Source: Candidatus Muiribacteriota bacterium (lineage in GTDB: Bacteria; Muiribacteriota; Muiribacteriia; Muiribacteriales; Muiribacteriaceae). Taken from it: 19,999 nt of DNA. The notes under the pieces were generated by a model that had not been told where the DNA came from, did no database searches, and worked only from the letters and a program-made list of their open reading frames with translations. A program made the position numbers and the translations under genes. Below are positions 16,465 through 19,999 of the stretch, piece by piece; position 1 is the first letter of the stretch, and each line of letters starts with the position of its first letter. The stretch is taken from assembly GCA_051747805.1 (NCBI GenBank), contig JBNJGP010000049.1:1-19999 (forward strand). The letters are read 5' to 3'.

Positions 16465-17148
16465 TCAACAAATTATTCCTTTTGTGTTTGAACTTACCAT
16501 AAAAGCATTTCCCTCATCTGTGTCTATGTGCATATCAAGTTTATAATTATCTGACACTCTTATAAGAACATTTTTAAAAATTCCGCCTCTTTCATTTTCA
16601 ATTTCAACATCAACAACCTGTCCATCTTCTACCCCAAGATTCAAAGCATCAACTGGCGTACAATGAATATGGCGTCCTGCTACAATAACTCCCTCTCCTA
16701 TGTAAACACTTCCTGCGGGGCCACATAAGGTAATACCCGGAGTATTATCCAATGCTCCTGATTCTCTTACATGAGGTTTTATTCCAAGTTTGAAACAATC
16801 TGTAATACTTACTTCTACCTGAGTATTTTTTCTTTCGGGCCCCAGTATTCTAACTTTTTCAATAACTCCTTTTGGACCCACCAGAATAACTTTTTCAGAA
16901 GCTGCAAACTGTCCAGGCTGTGATAAATCTTTAATTTTATTTAATTTATAATTATCGCCAAATAATATTTCCAGATGCTTTTTTGATATATGTACATGTC
17001 TGTTAGAAACAGAAACAGGGAAAGCTTTTCTCTTTTTTGAAATATAATTATTTTTATTTAGCTCTGATTTTTTTTCTTTTTTATTTAAAATATTTTCCAC
17101 AGCCAGAAAAACAGCTTTTTCAAGTTCTTCTTTATTAATTTTATCCAT
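16465..17148 (-). CDS. pduL: BMC-type phosphotransacylase PduL with N-terminal encapsulation peptide
   Basis: VSNRHVHIS, LSQPGQFAA, VRILGPER..TQVEVS.TD, RESG, GVIVAGRHIHCTP and MHIDTDEGNA. Confidence 0.96.
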   Translation of the reverse strand: MDKINKEELEKAVFLAVENILNKKEKKSELNKNNYISKKRKAFPVSVSNRHVHISKKHLEILFGDNYKLNKIKDLSQPGQFAASEKVILVGPKGVIEKVRILGPERKNTQVEVSITDCFKLGIKPHVRESGALDNTPGITLCGPAGSVYIGEGVIVAGRHIHCTPVDALNLGVEDGQVVDVEIENERGGIFKNVLIRVSDNYKLDMHIDTDEGNAFMVSSNTKGIIC

Positions 17149-17170
17149 ATATATTCCTCCCTTTTTTATT

Positions 17171-17186
17171 CTAAACTTGAGTTTAG
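17171..17186. promoter_or_regulatory. 16-bp dyad CTAAACT-TG-AGTTTAG upstream of pduL; possible operator
   Basis: Perfect 7-bp arms around a 2-nt centre in the 60-bp aspS-pduL gap, about 10 bp from the GGGAGG RBS. Confidence 0.35.
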
Positions 17187-17208
17187 CAAATCTTTTTTAG
17201 AATTACTG

Positions 17209-18969
17209 CTACTTTTCATCAAGCTTCAACCCCAGTTGGGCCAGCTGTTGAGGAGATAACTCTGAAGGAGCTTCTGTTAAAAGACAAAGCTGATTATTTG
17301 TTTTTGGAAAAGCTATAACATCTTTTAAATTATCTAATTTTTTCATAACCATAATTAATCTATCTATTCCTGGTGCAATTCCACCATGAGGAGGTGCTCC
17401 ATACTCAAAAGCCTCAAGAAAAAAACCGAATTTTTTATTAATCTCCTCATCGCTCATGCCGGTAATTTTCATAATTTTTTTTTGTGTCTGTGCTTCATGA
17501 TTTCTTATACTACCACTAGCTATTTCATTACCATTACATACAAGATCATAAAGTTTACCATAAACTTTTTCAGGTGCCTTATCAATAAATTCTGCACTTT
17601 TTTCAGTCGGCATCGAAAACAGATGATGTTTAGCTTCATATGAACCATCTTCTAATTTTTCAAAAAGAGGAAACTCTTTAACCCAGAAAAAATCAAATTG
17701 ATCCTCGTCCCTCAGCTCAAACTCATTTATAACGAAAAGTCTTAGAGCTCCCAGAGAAGTATTGACCATATTTCTTTCACCAGCCCCAAAAAAAACTATA
17801 TCATTTTCTTCAAGATTCAGTTTCAATTTTAAAGTTTCATATTTATCTAATATAAATTTTGAAATTCCGCCTTCAAATTTATTACTTTTATTTTTAACCC
17901 AGGCAAGTCCTTTAGCTTTATGCTTTTTTACAATTTTTTCATACTCTTTTATTTTTTTTCTTGAAATAATATCAGCCTTATTTTTCAGCACAAAACATTT
18001 TACTGTACCGCCTGAATTAACCGTGCTTTCAAAAACTTTAAACTCACTTTTTTGAAATTCAGAGCTAATATTTTTTAACTGCATTCCACCAGTTCTGACA
18101 GGTTTATCTGTTCCATAAAGCTCAATCACATCATCATAATTCAACCTTTCAAATGGAATTTTTATTTCAATATTCAAAGTTTCTTTAAAAACATGATAAA
18201 GAAGCTTTTCAGTAAAGGAAAAAATATCTTCTTCATCAACAAAACTCATTTCCATATCCAGCTGCGTAAAATCCGTCTGCCTGTCAGCCCTGGCATCTTC
18301 GTCGCGGAAACATCTTGCTATCTGATAATATTTATCAACACCAGAAACCATTAAAAGCTGTTTAAATAACTGAGGAGACTGAGGCAAAGCATAAAACCTG
18401 CCCTGATAAAGTCTTGAAGGCACGACAAAATCGCGGGCTCCCTCAGGGGTTGATTTAATTAAAAACGGGGTTTCAACCTCAACAAACTCTTCATTATGAA
18501 GAAAATTTCTTATTTCTCTTAAAACACTATATCTGAAATCAATTATTTCAGACATAAAGGGCCTTCTCAAATCAAGATATCTGTATTTTAATCTTAAATT
18601 TTCTGATACATTTATGCGATCTTCAATTTCAAATGGTGGGAGTTTTGACTTATTTAATATTGTTATATAAGAAACAAGCACCTCGAACTCTCCGGTTTTC
18701 ATTTCAGTATTTATATTTTCTTCTGTTCTTTTTATTACAAGGCCCTTTACTTCTATTACATCCTGATTTTTAAGTTTCTCAGCAGCAGTTATTGTTTCTA
18801 AACTGCATCTTTTAGGGTCTATAACAAGTTGTATTATACCTGTTTTATCTCTTAACTGAAAAAATATCAGATTTCCAAAATCTCTACGACGTCTTATCCA
18901 GCCGCACATTACAATTTCTTTGTATAAATATTTTTTATTTATTCTTCCACAATAATCTGTCCTTTTCAA
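17209..18969 (-). CDS. aspS: Aspartate--tRNA ligase
   Basis: RTDYCG, GWIRRRRD, RLKYRYLDLRR, STPEGARDF, ALPQSPQLFKQLLM, ARCFRDED, GSIRNH and YGAPPHGG...GIDR. TTG start with AAGGAG RBS. Confidence 0.98.
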   Translation of the reverse strand: MKRTDYCGRINKKYLYKEIVMCGWIRRRRDFGNLIFFQLRDKTGIIQLVIDPKRCSLETITAAEKLKNQDVIEVKGLVIKRTEENINTEMKTGEFEVLVSYITILNKSKLPPFEIEDRINVSENLRLKYRYLDLRRPFMSEIIDFRYSVLREIRNFLHNEEFVEVETPFLIKSTPEGARDFVVPSRLYQGRFYALPQSPQLFKQLLMVSGVDKYYQIARCFRDEDARADRQTDFTQLDMEMSFVDEEDIFSFTEKLLYHVFKETLNIEIKIPFERLNYDDVIELYGTDKPVRTGGMQLKNISSEFQKSEFKVFESTVNSGGTVKCFVLKNKADIISRKKIKEYEKIVKKHKAKGLAWVKNKSNKFEGGISKFILDKYETLKLKLNLEENDIVFFGAGERNMVNTSLGALRLFVINEFELRDEDQFDFFWVKEFPLFEKLEDGSYEAKHHLFSMPTEKSAEFIDKAPEKVYGKLYDLVCNGNEIASGSIRNHEAQTQKKIMKITGMSDEEINKKFGFFLEAFEYGAPPHGGIAPGIDRLIMVMKKLDNLKDVIAFPKTNNQLCLLTEAPSELSPQQLAQLGLKLDEK

Positions 18970-19054
18970 TTTAAATCTCCTTTGAATAAAAAGTTTATAA
19001 ACCCATTAATAATAATATTGACAATCTTATCAGATATAACGTTAAAATTTCAAC

Positions 19055-19083
19055 TTGACCAATTTTTTATTTGCACTTATAAT
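19055..19083 (+). promoter_or_regulatory. Near-consensus sigma70 promoter for the divergent secreted-protein gene
   Basis: TTGACC (19055-19060), 17-bp spacer, TATAAT (19078-19083), 64 bp upstream of ATG 19148. Confidence 0.75.
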
Positions 19084-19147
19084 ATAGTTAAGTAAATTAA
19101 ATCTTTTATTTAATTTTAACTAAAATTTAAGTAACCAGGGGGACAAT

Positions 19148-19999
19148 ATGAGAAACAGTAAAATTTTTCTTTTTGTATTAATTTTAACTTTACTTCTTGT
19201 TTTCACTGCACAAGCGGAAATAAGAACTATTACAAAAGAATTTAAAGAATCTGTGGGGCTTTTAAACGGTTCAAAAGATTTTAATCACACAGTTCATATG
19301 CCAGGTGATATGGCAGCCCATGGCTGGAATTTTATTTCTAAAACTGTAGAAACTCGCGGAGATGCAAGAGTTCATAACGAGTCTCTTACAAATAACAGAT
19401 ACAACTTCACCTTGAGACTTTCCAGTTCTTTCTTATCTTCTGCCAGCGGTCGTGTTATTGTTACTCTTCAGGCAGAACGTGGCGGCTCAACACCATATGT
19501 TCCACCCACAACAAGTCCAGGTCAACCTCCTGATTCCGGTGGCTCATATCCAGGCGGTTCTACTAAAGTTGATCCAAATAAAGCGCCAAGTCCAAGCTAC
19601 CCAAGAGCAGGTACTCGTGTAAGGGTTAATTCAAGCGATAGAGTTGAATTTAGATGGGACGATTCTCTTGATGGTAAAAGATTCAGAGTAAGAGTATATA
19701 CTGAAAACGGAAGTAGAATTGTTAACAAAACTGTTTCAAGTAATAAATTAAGAGTTCGCGGACGTGAGTTTAAAAACGGAATGTATAAATGGCAGGTTGC
19801 CAGAGATAACAGAGCCGGTTTTTTAACTAATTTACCTTTAATAGGAAGTGCTTTCAGCGACTGGTCAAACTATTCTACTCCTATTCACTTTAGAGTTCAA
19901 AGACTTGATGATGATTCTACAGATCCTTCTTACCCATGGCAGCAGCCAACTCAGCCATCGCCACCAGGGGATAATGGACAGGTAACAAGTGTTAACCCT
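19148..19999 (+). CDS. 5' part (284 codons, runs off window) of a secreted modular protein with Pro/Ser/Gly linkers and an Ig/FN3-like domain
   Basis: Hand translation is open to the window end. Signal peptide MRNSKIFLFVLILTLLLVFTAQA| with AGGGGGA RBS. Linker GGSTPYVPPTTSPGQPPDSGGSYPGGS. Beta-sandwich pattern APSPSYP...VEFRW...FRVRV...GMYKWQV...WSNYSTPIHFRV. Not in the supplied track. Confidence 0.85.
   Translation, partial: MRNSKIFLFVLILTLLLVFTAQAEIRTITKEFKESVGLLNGSKDFNHTVHMPGDMAAHGWNFISKTVETRGDARVHNESLTNNRYNFTLRLSSSFLSSASGRVIVTLQAERGGSTPYVPPTTSPGQPPDSGGSYPGGSTKVDPNKAPSPSYPRAGTRVRVNSSDRVEFRWDDSLDGKRFRVRVYTENGSRIVNKTVSSNKLRVRGREFKNGMYKWQVARDNRAGFLTNLPLIGSAFSDWSNYSTPIHFRVQRLDDDSTDPSYPWQQPTQPSPPGDNGQVTSVNP

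Larger units (their letters stand above)
5548..17148 (-). other. Bacterial microcompartment locus of the sugar-phosphate-utilisation (SPU) type
   Basis: Contains 2 BMC-H, 1 BMC-T, 3 BMC-P, acylating AldDH, PduL, PduS-like, and the signature enzymes DeoC and RpiB, plus deoB. No RuBisCO, diol dehydratase, ethanolamine ammonia-lyase or glycyl-radical enzyme is present. Confidence 0.88.

Noticed and set aside
16457..16465. Homopolymer T/A tracts (9 T here; several 7-9-mers elsewhere) as phase-variation sites
   Set aside because: Such runs are common in DNA this AT-rich, and none is associated with a visible frameshift.
13064..17148. Calling the locus a pdu, eut, glycyl-radical or carboxysome locus because of pduL/pduS/pduT/eutN-like genes
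   Set aside because: No diol dehydratase, ethanolamine ammonia-lyase, glycyl-radical enzyme or RuBisCO is present. The signature enzymes with EP-like helices are DeoC and RpiB.
1424..18055. Fifteen short plus-strand ORFs in the supplied track (e.g. 1424-1654, 5116-5346, 10012-10263, 15027-15296, 17762-18055)
   Set aside because: All lie antisense to well-supported minus-strand genes and have no recognisable motifs. They are typical shadow ORFs.
19018..19048. Perfect TTGACA at 19018-19023 as a promoter -35 box
   Set aside because: The nearest -10-like hexamers are at 11 bp (TATAAC) or 19 bp (TAAAAT) spacing. The 19055-19083 promoter fits much better.
1..19999. CRISPR arrays, tRNA/rRNA, riboswitches, IS elements, intrinsic terminators
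   Set aside because: The window is almost fully coding and the largest gap is 178 bp. I saw no spaced direct repeats, cloverleaf, transposase or convincing GC hairpin plus U-tract. A covariance-model search was not possible.

Overview
AT-rich bacterial chromosomal DNA with no mobile element, RNA gene or CRISPR array visible. About 18.6 kb is a co-directional minus-strand run of genes with short gaps or overlaps. In transcription order these are: aspS, pduL, BMC-H, BMC-P, CoA-acylating aldehyde dehydrogenase, pduS-like, pduT-like BMC-T, two unknown membrane proteins, rpiB, BMC-P, BMC-P, BMC-H, deoC, a 694-aa fusion, deoB, a HEAT-repeat protein, an NlpD-like LysM/M23 lipoprotein, a small winged-helix protein, surE and three GspG/pilin-like genes. 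The core (about 5.5-17.1 kb) is a bacterial microcompartment (BMC) locus of the sugar-phosphate-utilisation (SPU) type. DeoC and RpiB are the signature enzymes, and four cargo enzymes carry encapsulation-peptide-like helices. The most unusual element is the 694-aa gene between deoC and deoB. It joins an apparently catalytically dead DeoC-like domain to a degenerate aldehyde:ferredoxin oxidoreductase (AOR)-like body that keeps all four predicted [4Fe-4S] cysteines. The locus has no alcohol dehydrogenase but has PduS and an FeS-type PduT, and it continues into deoB, surE and pilin genes. This suggests, by inference, a DNA/nucleoside-catabolising organelle with non-standard redox disposal. Two plus-strand ORFs absent from the supplied track are cut by the window edges: a TPR-like 3' end (2..382) and a secreted Ig/FN3-like protein (from 19148) behind a near-consensus sigma70 promoter.
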